A DNA stretch of 63,766 bases, filler included, from Octopus bimaculoides (taxonomy: Eukaryota), in assembly GCF_001194135.2 (NCBI RefSeq). It is 5 parts of 5 records of this genome, joined end to end, with 100 filler letters (N's around TTAATTAATTAA, not from the genome) between each part and the next. Parts side by side here need not be neighbours in the genome. Positions count along the whole stretch, not along the records: positions 7,113 to 36,347 come from NC_068997.1; 4 more parts are not named here. One strand, written 5' to 3'. Positions 13,020 through 26,101 of the stretch are shown piece after piece. A program made the translations under genes and the position numbers. Within the stretch, counting starts at the first letter, position 1, and the number at the start of each line of letters is the position of its first letter. The notes under the pieces are model-generated. The model saw only the letters and a list, made by a program, of their open reading frames with translations. It did no database searches and was not told the origin of the DNA.

Positions 13020-13196
13020 ACGTATCTACTCATGTATAAGTCACGCTGTTTTATACAAGAATTTAACTGAATAATAAGAAAGCATGGCTTGTACACGAGG
13101 TAAATGAAGCACCGAGTACTAAGACTTCGTTGAGTGTGCGACTTATACACGAATACAGGTTATACACGAGTGCAGGTTAGAGACGAGTAAATACGA
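13020..13196. mobile_element. Tc1/mariner (pogo/Tigger-like) MITE
   Basis: Left end CGTATCTACTCATGTATAAG and right end repeated TTATACACGA motifs finishing CGAGTAAATACG, resembling CCGTATTTACTCGNGTATAAG-type TIRs. TA lies next to the left end. Confidence 0.65.
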
Positions 13197-13284
13197 TTAA
13201 CAAGATAGCATTTTGTGGTATCTCCGGAAGAATTCAAATCATTCAAGATATTTCACACTGCTTCTATATTTAGGAGAATATTCT

Positions 13285-13493
13285 TTTCTAATCTAGGCAC
13301 AACGCCTGAAATTCTGGGGGAAGGGGCCAGTCGATTAGATCGATCCCAGTACGCAACTGGTACTTAATTTATCGAATCCGAAAGGATGAAAAGCAAAGTT
13401 GACCGCGGCGGAATTTGAACTCAAAACATAAAGACAGACGAAATATCGCTAAGCATTTCGTCCGGCGTGCTAACGTTTCTGCCGGCTCACCTT
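13285..13493 (-). mobile_element. tRNA-derived SINE family 3 (central block resembles the MetaSINE Meta domain)
   Basis: Minus strand has the head ...GAGTTCAAATTCC then GCGGTCAACTTTGCTTTTCATCCTTTCGGATTCGATAAATTAAGTACCAG. The Meta-domain assignment is from recall. Confidence 0.8.
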
Positions 13494-14235
13494 TGGAATA
13501 GGTATATTGCCGTTATATAAAAGATGTTCACAGCTTGAACGCTTCTAATCGTAAGTCTTCCAAGTCAGTGGTGACTAATCATGGGAGAGGGGTAGAAGAA
13601 GGGGGTGGAAGGATTCTGTCCACCAGAATTTTACAGCTCACAGTAAAGAAACAACAAAACCGTTAACCACGACAACAACAGCAACCACGGTAACAACAGC
13701 TACAACAACAACAGTAGCCATAGCAACAGTAACTACAACAATAACTGCAACAGTCACAACTAAAACGACATTAGTAACAAGAATTGCAACAAGAAGAACA
13801 ACCACATTAACCACAATAGCAACCGCGGTAAGAACGAAAACAGCGACAACAGCCACAGCATCAGGTGAAGCGAATCCCTTCTGATTAGGGAGGTGAGAGC
13901 CAGCTGTCAGCTTTGCGAGCGTTTGTGATGTGGATTGTTGATAATCTAAAGACATCAAGTTTAGCGGGTGGGGGGTAGAGAAGAGGGTGAGTTGAGTGGG
14001 TAAGATTACTGGTAGGTTGATGGCAGTGATTGAGGTGGTGACGTTTGTGACGACGATGGCGGGGTGTGTGTGTGTGGGGGTAGCAGCAGGTAAGGAGTAA
14101 GCCTTCAGGAATTAATCAGCAATATAAAACCTGGCTGTTACTCCCACTTCCGGATAGCAGTCGCGAAAACTCAAAAGGAACCAGCTGCCCCACCCCCACC
14201 TCACCCAGCAATATATAATAATATTAATAGTAATC

Positions 14236-14365
14236 CTTTCTACTAATGGCACAAGGCCTGAAATTTTGGCAGGTGGCGGCAGTCGGTTAGATCGACCCCA
14301 GTACGCAACTGGTACTTAATTTATCCACCGCGAAAGAACAAAAGGCAAAGTAGACCTCGGCGGAA
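14236..14365 (-). mobile_element. SINE family 3, 3' half
   Basis: Homologous to 13285-13493 and truncated at the B-box next to an (ATG/ATA)n tract. Confidence 0.8.
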
Positions 14366-14396
14366 TAATAATGATAATGATGATGAAGATGATGAC

Positions 14397-14438
<42 letters not shown>

Positions 14439-14887
14439 AGTTATTTCTCTTATTTGCCCCAGGGGCGTCGAATGAAGGAGACAGAATAACAAGTTGCCCG
14501 AAGTAAGTAGTTTACAAGAAAGTAATCGAATCCAGACGAAAGTCATACACAAGATGCGAATAAACGATGCTGAAAGCTTCCTCTTGTTACAGAAGCACAG
14601 CCAAGAAGGGTTAATCAGAGAACCCCACAGACCACCCTGACGCGTGTTTAGATTATACCGATTCACTGATACCATTTCCGTCACTGGCAAGCAATATCTA
14701 TCCCTACCTCAGTCGGTCAGCATGACCATTGCGAAATACGCCGAGTCAAAAACGCAGAGAGGGATTTTGTTATCTCCCTTGTTTAACGTCCTTTCTTGAT
14801 CGTCCTTCGCGGTCCTCCATCTTTTTGTCAATCCTTGTTGTTAACAAGGAAAATCTTCATCACCATCATCATCATCATCATCATTAC

Positions 14888-14941
<54 letters not shown>

Positions 14942-15290
14942 CCACATCATTATCCGAACAATAATGGACGTCTAAAACATATACTAGAAAATTGATGATA
15001 AAACTACTTAGAGGCGTAGAGATGCTGTTGTATAAGTTATCCAGTTATTGTTGTTTTTGGTTGTTGCTTATGTCGTATCCCTTGTTGTTGTTGTTGTTGG
15101 TGGTGGTGGTGTTGTTGTCGTTGATGCGCTTGTTGCAATTGCCATTCTGTTCCATGGAAACAGGTTACCAGTGTCAAAGAAATAATGGAAAAATAGAAAA
15201 TTAGCGAATGGCAAATAATGGCTGCAAGCAGAAGAAATAAAGCCACGCAATTTGTAATTTGCGTATAAATTTTTGCATATGTATGTGTAA

Positions 15291-15335
<45 letters not shown>

Positions 15336-16355
15336 CGCTCACATGTGTTTATATGCATGTGAATANNNNNNNNNNNNNNNNNNNNNNNNNNNNNNNNNNN
15401 NNNNNNNNNNNNNNNNNNNNNNNNNNNNNNNNNNNNNNNNNNNNNNNNNNNNNNNNNNNNNNNNNNNNNNNNNNNNNNNNNNNNNNNNNNNNNNNNNNNN
15501 NNNNNNNNNNNNNNNNNNNNNNNNNNNNNNNNNNNNNNNNNNNNNNNNNNNNNNNNNNNNNNNNNNNNNNNNNNNNNNNNNNNNNNNNNNNNNNNNNNNN
15601 NNNNNNNNNNNNNNNNNNNNNNNNNNNNNNNNNNNNNNNNNNNNNNNNNNNNNNNNNNNNNNNNNNNNNNNNNNNNNNNNNNNNNNNNNNNNNNNNNNNN
15701 NNNNNNNNNNNNNNNNNNNNNNNNNNNNNNNNNNNNNNNNNNNNNNNNNNNNNNNNNNNNNNNNNNNNNNNNNNNNNNNNNNNNNNNNNNNNNNNNNNNN
15801 NNNNNNNNNNNNNNNNNNNNNNNNNNNNNNNNNNNNNNNNNNNNNNNNNNNNNNNNNNNNNNNNNNNNNNNNNNNNNNNNNNNNNNNNNNNNNNNNNNNN
15901 NNNNNNNNNNNNNNNNNNNNNNNNNNNNNNNNNNNNNNNNNNNNNNNNNNNNNNNNNNNNNNNNNNNNNNNNNNNNNNNNNNNNNNNNNNNNNNNNNNNN
16001 NNNNNNNNNNNNNNNNNNNNNNNNNNNNNNNNNNNNNNNNNNNNNNNNNNNNNNNNNNNNNNNNNNNNNNNNNNNNNNNNNNNNNNNNNNNNNNNNNNNN
16101 NNNNNNNNNNNNNNNNNNNNNNNNNNNNNNNNNNNNNNNNNNNNNNNNNNNNNNNNNNNNNNNNNNNNNNNNNNNNNNNNNNNNNNNNNNNNNNNNNNNN
16201 NNNNNNNNNNNNNNNNNNNNNNNNNNNNNNNNNNNNNNNNNNNNNNNNNNNNNNNNNNNNNNNNNNNNNNNNNNNNNNNNNNNNNNNNNNNNNNNNNNNN
16301 NNNNNNNNNNNNNNNNNNNNNNNNNNNNNNNNNNNNNNNNNNNNNNNNNNNNNNN

Positions 16356-16395
<40 letters not shown>

Positions 16396-17117
16396 TATAT
16401 GGAGGTATATTCTGACATATATGCATATCTATATGTATGTATATATATATGTGCGTGTATGTATATGTATATGTGTACTGGGGTGGGTATAATGTATACA
16501 TTTGAGCACCTGAAATCATTATTGCTCGAACGCTGTTCGGTTTCAGTCTTCCGATCTTCAGTTTTTATGATATCTGTCCAACACTTTCCTCTATGTCGTC
16601 CGTGACCATCCTGTGATTTCTTCTTAGATTCCATTTTGTTAAAATTCTTCGCCGACCTGCATATTGACATGTGCAACTCGCATTCTATCTCAATGATTTT
16701 ATAAACTTAAAAATATCACTTAGTATTAATTTGATTACCTATTCACTGCGTATATTTCTATGGAATTTCCATGCCATTGAAATTATTAATGTCTTGGAAA
16801 TCTGCTGAAGTCTTCTCAGATTGATTGGTAGTTTCTTTGTTAAGTTCTTTGAATCTTCGGCATTAAGGAATCGCATTGGAATCACTAAAATACTTTTCCA
16901 GGTGGTGTTAATGAGTTAGTCATGGCCGAAACTAATGTTATATATATATATATATATATATAGACAGGTATTATTTATCACGGTATATATAATACAAATG
17001 TATATATATATATATACACATATATATATATGTATGTTTGTATGTATGTTTGTATGTATGTTTGAATGCAAGTGTATGTTCATATCTATCTGTCTGTCCG
17101 TCCGTTTGTGTACAAAT

Positions 17118-17155
<38 letters not shown>

Positions 17156-17910
17156 TCACTCACACAACATACTGTCACACACACGTATAAATACACATCA
17201 ACAGGTGAATAATATGCACATACACAAATATATGTATTTGTGTGTATAAGATATATATCTATACGCGAACATTTATTTATGTCCGCTTGCGGACTATGCG
17301 TATGTATGTATGTCCATATATATATATACATACATACACACACACACACATATATGTATATATATATAGGAATGTGTGTAAGTATGTATCGTACAGATGT
17401 TATATTGTCCCCTGTAATACGATGCCGACTCTGAAACAAGAGGCTCACCAGAAGATTTTCCTCACCACTGGCTCATAGCCTTCAGTCTTCCCTTCACACT
17501 CTCATGCCCTCCCTCTTTCTAGCATTCAAAACCTGAGTGCTTCTCTCAATACGGAAGACCATCACGCGACCAGCGAGCTTAACAAAAGATGGGGGATTGC
17601 CAGCAAAGGAAAATGAAGCTTAACTTGCTCGCGGCCAGTGAAACGGACATGTTGGCGTGAGTATATGTGTACGTGTGTATGTTTGAATATGTGTGTGGGA
17701 GTGTGTGTTTCTTTTTGTATATGTGTGTGTATTTGTGTGTGATCGTGCTTGTGTGTGTGTGCGTTGTGTGTGTGTGTATGTGTGTTCGTGCGCGTAGGTA
17801 TAGAGGGGGAAATTTAGAGGACATTAATTGTAAAGAAGAGATGGAGAAAAATATTGTGTAAATTGGAAGATCTAAGGGAGCTATCTCTTTGTCCATCTCT
17901 GTCTGTCTGT

Positions 17911-18002
<92 letters not shown>

Positions 18003-18473
18003 ACAAAATACTGGGCTCAAGGATGTCCACTAACGCCTTTCCTTAAAATTTCCGGCCTTAATCCAAAATTCTTAAATATTTTATGCATAATAGTAATTTA
18101 TGTATGTACATATATATNNNNNNNNNNNNNNNNNNNNNNNNNNNNNNNNNNNNNNNNNNNNNNNNNNNNNNNNNNNNNNNNNNNNNNNNNNNNNNNNNNN
18201 NNNNNNNNNNNNNNNNNNNNNNNNNNNNNNNNNNNNNNNNNNNNNNNNNNNNNNNNNNNNNNNNNNNNNNNNNNNNNNNNNNNNNNNNNNNNNNNNNNNN
18301 NNNNNNNNNNNNNNNNNNNNNNNNNNNNNNNNNNNNNNNNNNNNNNNNNNNNNNNNNNNNNNNNNNNNNNNNNNNNNNNNNNNNNNNNNNNNNNNNNNNN
18401 NNNNNNNNNNNNNNNNNNNNNNNNNNNNNNNNNNNNNNNNTATATATATATATATATAGTGAGAGAGAGAGAG

Positions 18474-18518
<45 letters not shown>

Positions 18519-18743
18519 CGCGTGTCTGCGGGCATACATAAGTAAATATACACTTATAGAGACTCAGATGTATATCATCTATAAGGCAAGTGCTTTTGTG
18601 TGTGTGTGTGTGTGTATGTGTGTGCGTGTGTTTGTGTGTGTATCCGTAATACTGTATTTAAGCATACACATTTGCGGGTATGTGTATATTAAGGTGTGTA
18701 TATCAATGCCTTGTACAAAAATTCACATACTGACATATACACT

Positions 18744-18774
<31 letters not shown>

Positions 18775-18777
18775 ACA

Positions 18778-18812
<35 letters not shown>

Positions 18813-18941
18813 TTATTTATGGCTATAGTTTTCCAATGGCCTCAAGGAACGTCGTTGGACAGAATAACTTCTCAGCATCTAACAATAAGTCTACATCACA
18901 TTTTATATCTATTGTGTGTACAATTTTCATTTTTCGGTACA

Positions 18942-19002
<61 letters not shown>

Positions 19003-19199
19003 ATATATATACATTCACACACTCACACACGCACGTACACACATACACACAGTCATGCACACAGATACTAAAACATGTATGTTATTGTTTTGTAATACGC
19101 TGTGCGTAAGTGTTGTAGTGTAAGGCTATAAATATATTATATATATACATACATATACACAGGTACACAAATACGTTATTCCTATCACCACCATATATG

Positions 19200-19259
<60 letters not shown>

Positions 19260-19330
19260 CATACATACAGAATGTGAATGTGAGAGCGAATGTGTGTGCG
19301 ATAGATATTTACAGCATGAATTCCTTATAT

Positions 19331-19385
<55 letters not shown>

Positions 19386-20309
19386 CCAACATTTTCAACG
19401 TCATGATGATTCGTTATATTCTTCTTCGTAGGAGTAGTTGGTGGAAAAGCCTGAAGAAATATGGTGGCCTGGGGTTAGGAGAGTAATTGAAAACTAATTC
19501 TAAGCACGCACACACACGTACATGTATATNNNNNNNNNNNNNNNNNNNNNNNNNNNNNNNNNNNNNNNNNNNNNNNNNNNNNNNNNNNNNNNNNNNNNNN
19601 NNNNNNNNNNNNNNNNNNNNNNNNNNNNNNNNNNNNNNNNNNNNNNNNNNNNNNNNNNNNNNNNNNNNNNNNNNNNNNNNNNNNNNNNNNNNNNNNNNNN
19701 NNNNNNNNNNNNNNNNNNNNNNNNNNNNNNNNNNNNNNNNNNNNNNNNNNNNNNNNNNNNNNNNNNNNNNNNNNNNNNNNNNNNNNNNNNNNNNNNNNNN
19801 NNNNNNNNNNNNNNNNNNNNNNNNNNNNNNNNNNNNNNNNNNNNNNNNNNNNNNNNNNNNNNNNNNNNNNNNNNNNNNNNNNNNNNNNNNNNNNNNNNNN
19901 NNNNNNNNNNNNNNNNNNNNNNNNNNNNNNNNNNNNNNNNNNNNNNNNNNNNNNNNNNNNNNNNNNNNNNNNNNNNNNNNNNNNNNNNNNNNNNNNNNNN
20001 NNNNNNNNNNNNNNNNNNNNNNNNNNNNNNNNNNNNNNNNNNNNNNNNNNNNNNNNNNNNNNNNNNNNNNNNNNNNNNNNNNNNNNNNNNNNNNNNNNNN
20101 NNNNNNNNNNNNNNNNNNNNNNNNNNNNNNNNNNNNNNNNNNNNNNNNNNNNNNNNNNNNNNNNNNNNNNNNNNNNNNNNNNNNNNNNNNNNNNNNNNNN
20201 NNNNNNNNNNNNNNNNNNNNNNNNNNNNNNNNNNNNNNNNATATATATACATATATGTATGGGTATCTGTCTATTTATCTATCGCTCTCCCCTCACTTTC
20301 TCTCACACA

Positions 20310-20346
<37 letters not shown>

Positions 20347-20528
20347 TCTCCATATGTATGTGTCTATATATATGTGCATGTATACACACACACATACATA
20401 TATATACACACTTATCTATATGTATGTATTTACGCCACTGGCGACTCAATTTTTCTCTTAGCTCATTTTCGTTTCGTTTATGCAAATTACTTCTGCCATA
20501 AACAAGTTCACTTATTTTTCGAATATAT

Positions 20529-20601
20529 CTAATTGTCTTCTTCTTCGGTCGTCATCAGCACGTCAACTGCCGTGCGGATGACGCTGATTGCGGCAGAACA
20601 C
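20529..20601 (-). CDS. Candidate terminal coding exon, unknown protein (G)CSAAISVIRTAVDVLMTTEEEDN*
   Basis: Acceptor CTTTCATTGTTCGCAG|G. GC-rich island in AT-rich DNA. Phase matches the exon at 21158-21277. Product not recognised. Confidence 0.4.
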
Positions 20602-20868
20602 CTGCGAACAATGAAAGTTTTTTTGTCCCAAAAAGAAGACACTGTTTTCTTGAATGGCATGTCCATTTTAGAAAATTCTTGTTTCTTCGTTCCTTATTTA
20701 GAGTTGGTCCCTGTTGCCACGAATCGATTGTTCTGTCATGTCTGTAAGGGGTGGGGTAATTTCTATAAATCGCAAACCTGTTTTCTTTGGTATTTAATAT
20801 ATCTTTATTCGTGTGTATTTTAACGCATGTGACTGGCCAATGTGAGTTATTTTTGTTAGTTCATTTCG

Positions 20869-20929
<61 letters not shown>

Positions 20930-21157
20930 GTCTGTCTGTCTGTCTGTCTGTCTTGCTATCTGTTTCTTTATCCATCTACCAAAGGTATATTTGGTAAAAT
21001 TCTTCCTAGGAGACGAATCTGTACCGATAATGCATGACAACTGATCGTACAGCAGCTCACTTGCAGGCTACGGTTCATGATGAATTGAAGCGATCATAGT
21101 GTTTCGTAGAGGGAGTCTCGCGAACTACAGTTTCTGTCCCCGTATATTATATATTAC

Positions 21158-21277
21158 CCTAGCAAACGCATCCGTCCTTTGGACAGTTTAAATTGCTTTG
21201 GTGATATTGTTTTCACCAAATAATTGAAATACAGAGAAGGTTTTGGAGTCGCCCGGCAATCTACGTTTCCGATTAAC
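21158..21277 (-). CDS. Candidate 120-nt internal exon LIGNVDCRATPKPSLYFNYLVKTISPKQFKLSKGRMRLL(G)
   Basis: Acceptor TTTTCCGTTCCTAG|G and donor GG|GTAATA. Only one frame is open, and it joins in frame to 20529-20601 across a 556-nt intron. Confidence 0.35.
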
Positions 21278-22660
21278 CTAGGAACGGAAAATCAAATTGA
21301 AGGCTGACTATTGTGTAGGTCGTTGCACTTTAATGATCATGGAACATATAAGTTTGTAAGCGATGCAAAGTAGAGCTACTGAAGTGTTTTGGGAGTAGAT
21401 TATGGATAATGACTACAGCGAAATAGGGAGATTAAGATTGTTTTGTATTGGATATTCAACGCGTACAGTATTACTAGTCAATTTAATCACCGTGGCAGGT
21501 GGACAGTCGAAATGAATAGACAAAATCCTTTCACTTTTATAAACAGATGAAAAAAGTATGGAAGACCCTACATAGAAAACTATGTCCATTTAGGTCCATT
21601 TACGCAGGAGTTTTCGACAAAATATCTCATTTTTCGCTACACCTGTACCATTTCTTTCTTTTCTGTCTTTCTCCTCTATTTTCTATTCACTCACTCACAA
21701 CCCATATCTCTCGATCATGACGTCTGTCTTTCTCAATCTATATACCCACGTAGTCCATTTTCATACTGGCTAACACTTAATTCTATTCCTTCAACATGAA
21801 CGCAGCATTCAAAATATTGCGGAAATACTGCCTGGATTTACCTGTGATTAAACCTAAGGGCTTATACCTTCAAGGAAGTACAGACCAGCGTCCATACGCT
21901 CTGGAAGATGATAAGCTGTAAACTTTATTCTTCTGACTATATTCGTCTATCTACTGTTTTACTCTTTATTCTTCTATCTATTATTTTATTCTTTATAAAC
22001 TGTGAATTCCCCGTTCATAATACTCACCTTGTCTCTGGTAACGGAATACCCAGTGTACGGACATGCTAGCTTATCAGTCGCAATAAGGCTTCAGATTCAC
22101 GTTACCCTAATTAAATATTCTAAATGACCTTGAAATACCTGTCCTGCCTTGGTCTTTAATAGATTTTGCCCCTCCCCCCAATATATATNNNNNNNNNNNN
22201 NNNNNNNNNNNNNNNNNNNNNNNNNNNNNNNNNNNNNNNNNNNNNNNNNNNNNNNNNNNNNNNNNNNNNNNNNNNNNNNNNNNNNNNNNNNNNNNNNNNN
22301 NNNNNNNNNNNNNNNNNNNNNNNNNNNNNNNNNNNNNNNNNNNNNNNNNNNNNNNNNNNNNNNNNNNNNNNNNNNNNNNNNNNNNNNNNNNNNNNNNNNN
22401 NNNNNNNNNNNNNNNNNNNNNNNNNNNNNNNNNNNNNNNNNNNNNNNNNNNNNNNNNNNNNNNNNNNNNNNNNNNNNNNNNNNNNNNNNNNNNNNNNNNN
22501 NNNNNNNNNNNNNNNNNNNNNNNNNNNNNNNNNNNNNNNNNNNNNNNNNNNNNNNNNNNNNNNNNNNNNNNNNNNNNNNNNNNNNNNNNNNNNNNNNNNN
22601 NNNNNNAATATAAAGATAAAGAGAGCAATGGTAAGGTTGGAGAAGTATGTTATAGATAGA

Positions 22661-22710
22661 CTCTTACAGCTGTTTCTGGGAAGATCCAGTACTTCCCTTC
22701 AATCGGAGAC
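22661..22710 (-). ncRNA. Minimal type I hammerhead-like motif (degenerate copy)
   Basis: GTCT-CCGATTGA-A-GGGAAG-TACTGGAT-CTTCCC-A-GAAAC-AGCT-GTA-AGAG. The core has an extra T. Confidence 0.45.
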
Positions 22711-23286
22711 AGAAAAAATAAAGTAATCTATTATTATATCCATAGGCGGATATTTTTAGTATGAAGTAGTAAAGAGTGTGATGCGCTGAAAAAAGAGAAA
22801 ACAGTACTTGAAGTGTAGTTTCACTCCAGTAGTAAATATCCGTGTAGAAATCCGTGTAAAGTAATCCTTATGGGGATAATCCAGAAATAGATGTTGGAAC
22901 GAAGGCTGATATAGCATAGATAGCAGAGGTGAATATATGCCATACTGCGATGGATTTTAGCTTGTTTACTTCAAGAATAGCCAAGTCAAGTGAAGGTTGA
23001 ACGGTAATTAGGTCAAGTCATGAAGACAGAATATGAAAGGGGATGGAGGAGAGATAGAGGTGAAGGATGGTAGCGGTATATTTTAATGGTCAGTTGATCT
23101 TACAGGATAGAGGGGATGAGCATATAGAGAGATGGAGGGATGGGGGAGATGAGGTTAAAAGGTCTAGTGAGTATGAAGGAATGCGCGTATGTAGTATATA
23201 GGCGGTGGGGGTATGAGTGATAAACCAAGGATAGAGATAAAGGGAGAGATGGGTGGGAAAGGTAGTTAGATTACTTTATTTTTTCT

Positions 23287-23335
23287 GCTTCCGATGAAGG
23301 GAAGTACTGGATCTTCCCAGAAACAGCTGTAAGAC
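23287..23335 (+). ncRNA. Minimal type I hammerhead-like motif
   Basis: CCGATGA-A-GGGAAG/CTTCCC stem II-A-GAAAC, palindromic stem III ACAGCTGT, GTA triplet, then AGAC. It deviates from the canonical core (U4C; A/A at the base of stem II). Confidence 0.55.
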
Positions 23336-23384
23336 TATCCATAAAATACTTCTCCAACCTTACCATTGCTCTCTTTATCTTTAT

Positions 23385-23461
<77 letters not shown>

Positions 23462-23572
23462 NNNNNNNNNNNNNNNNNNNNNNNNNNNNNNNNNNNNNNN
23501 NNNNNNNNNNNNNNNNNNNNNNNNNNNNNNNNNNNNNNNNNNNNNNNNNNNNNNNNNNNNNNNNNNNNNNNN

Positions 23573-23618
<46 letters not shown>

Positions 23619-24373
23619 GCAAGAAGATGGAATAAGCGGGCTTCTCATCTGTTCAAAGATTTCAGTAAATCCGACTCCCAAATCGGGACCAACTTCGTGC
23701 GAGCATGTAGGAAGGCTGGGAAAACGTTGCTTCTCTAAATGGAAATCTTACCAATCACTGTGGTTTTATGGCGCATATATATTTATATATATATATATGT
23801 GTATATATAATTTCTGTGTATGTGTCTGTGCATATTAATTCATATTAATATGTCTGTGTATATTAATTTATAAATGTAAATAGAGGAGTAAGGTGTGACT
23901 CAGAGCGAATAAGAGAAGTTGCACAAAGGAAATAAATATTGAGTTTGAGAATGATTGCGTGTGTGAGACGATAATGTGTGTGTGTATGTGTGTGTATGTG
24001 TGTATGTGTGTGAGTGTGTGTGTATGTGGTGTGTATGTGTGTGCGTGTGTGTGTGTGTGTATTCTGCGTGCGTGCGATCAGTTGTGACAGAAAGGCACCG
24101 AAACAGCAGACAGGACGTGTTGGGGAAAGACGGAGAGGGGTGAGGAAGAGAGAGATGCAGAATGTTATAGAGAGAGTGGACACTGTCAGAAATAGATAGT
24201 AATAAAGAAAGAGAGGGGGTGAGTGAAAGAGAGAATAGGTAAGTCAGACAGAGAGGGACAGAGAGAGACAGAGAGGGAGAGTGAGAGAGCGTCTGACAGT
24301 GAGACAATGAAAGAAAGATAGTGAGACTATGATAGAGAGAAAAAGCGGAAGACCAATAGAGACTCTGATAGAA

Positions 24374-24417
<44 letters not shown>

Positions 24418-24427
24418 NNNNNNNNNN

Positions 24428-24471
<44 letters not shown>

Positions 24472-24762
24472 GGTGCAGTCGGCTGTAGGCCATTCGGCTT
24501 TTGTTATTCGGGTTGGTTCGGTTTGCGTTAGAGTATTCATTTGGTCTTAAGCTGTTTCTCCTCTGTAGAAGAAGTTCGTTGCAGCTGGCGCCGGGGCCTG
24601 CCTGCAACAGACGCTGCCATCTCATCTTGCCAACCTCTGACGCCATACTTCTATTTACGCTCTCCGCCTACCGCTCTTCTTTCCTCCTTCTGACAACTGC
24701 CCGCCCATCTATCTATCTATCTATGTATCTATCTATCTATGTATCTATCTATCTATCTATCC

Positions 24763-24796
<34 letters not shown>

Positions 24797-24819
24797 ATAT
24801 CTGTTATTATCTGTGTGTG

Positions 24820-24880
<61 letters not shown>

Positions 24881-25344
24881 GCACATACACGCACACACAC
24901 ATATATATGTATGTATATGCCTGTATATATATATGTGTGTGGGCGTGCGCTTGTGTGCTTATATATGCAATTCTTGCATACATTATGTATATATGAATAC
25001 ATGCACATATATATCTACATGTATATTTACACACACACACACACACACATACTAACGCATACATACTTCCATGGTAGCGAACAAATTAAAAATGTACTCA
25101 ATACTGGTAATTGGGAGTAAATTGAAACCTGATCCCTCTTATGATTTATGAATGAAGAAGCCAGCCGGTCGCTGGTCGCACTCTCATCTGACGGAGTTAC
25201 TGTGATTTATAAACGGGTTATATTGTGCTAAAGTTGCTAAATATATGTTTGTGTTTATCAAACATATTGATTATAATTTTAACGACACACTTTTTGTCAT
25301 AACTTTTCTCTAACGACGATTACCTCCTATCTGTCTGTCCGTCC

Positions 25345-25387
<43 letters not shown>

Positions 25388-25487
25388 CGTCCATCCGTCC
25401 GTCCGTCCGTCCGTCCTTCCGTCTGTCTGTTCGTCTGTCTGTTCGTCTGTCTGTTCGTTTATCTATCTATCTATCTATCTATCTATG

Positions 25488-25675
25488 AAAGGTCTAGAGA
25501 CAAAGACGTTCCTCTCTGGGCAATCTCTCACCAACTTCTTCAAGTATCACCTGAAGAGGAAGGTGAGAGTAGAAAGGGAAGTCTTGTCTAGTAAATGCTT
25601 CAAAAAAGATGGGTGAATGTAGCAAGGATGGCACGTGTGAACGACGGAGCCATCTTGAGCATAACCTATAAACTA
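25488..25675 (+). mobile_element. 3' remnant of an L1/Tx1-like LINE ORF2
   Basis: KGLETKTFLSGQSLTNFFKYHLKRKVRVEREVLSSKCFK/RWVNVARMARVNDGAILS with one frameshift. The resemblance to Tx1-type C-termini is from recall. Confidence 0.5.
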
Positions 25676-26051
25676 NNNNNNNNNNNNNNNNNNNNNNNNN
25701 NNNNNNNNNNNNNNNNNNNNNNNNNNNNNNNNNNNNNNNNNNNNNNNNNNNNNNNNNNNNNNNNNNNNNNNTAAAAAATCCAAGAAAAAAAAAGAAAATA
25801 AAAAGGCAAAAGAGAGTCACTTACTGTTATAGTTTCTTCAATGAGAATATTGACCAAGGTTACCGTGGTCTTTTCCGTAGGCTTTTCTTTCCACGGCCAA
25901 ACCTAAACTGTCCTCCCCTGATCCCTTTTGATCGAACTACCCCCTTTTCCTTCCTACGATCCCTTTTTTTCCTTCCCCCTCCCAAAAAGAAAAGCTCTAC
26001 ATTGTATTTGTCCCATCTTCGTTGAGCCCTGTGTGGCTAATAAAAGAAATG

Positions 26052-26101
<50 letters not shown>

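Larger units (their letters stand above)
22607..23388. mobile_element. Penelope-like inverted terminal structure (~120-bp inverted arms around ~535 bp)
   Basis: 22607-22730 and 23267-23388 are reverse complements. Each arm carries a minimal hammerhead-like motif and runs out into microsatellite or gap. No RT/GIY-YIG ORF was seen. Confidence 0.6.

Noticed and set aside
14463-14502. 40-nt plus-strand exon with AG and GTAAGT signals
   Set aside because: The acceptor region resembles the decayed SINE family-3 tail seen at ~53805-53850. No partner exon.
16510-16655. Minus-strand frame KKSQDGHGRHRGKCWTDIIK
   Set aside because: Only a vague likeness to a LINE C-terminus. No supportable assignment.
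20529-21277. Type III PKS/KCS or GH1 identity for the candidate peptide (C...P.PSL...GCSA; VD...TPK.S.YF)
   Set aside because: The similarity is short and by eye. A PKS would need about 200 more residues after the Cys, but the frame stops 23 codons later.
21868-22064. Further upstream exons (MSVHWVFRYQRQ / AYHLPERMDAGLYFLE)
   Set aside because: The intron end is purine-rich, and the phase does not fit the 21277 exon (it gives an immediate stop).
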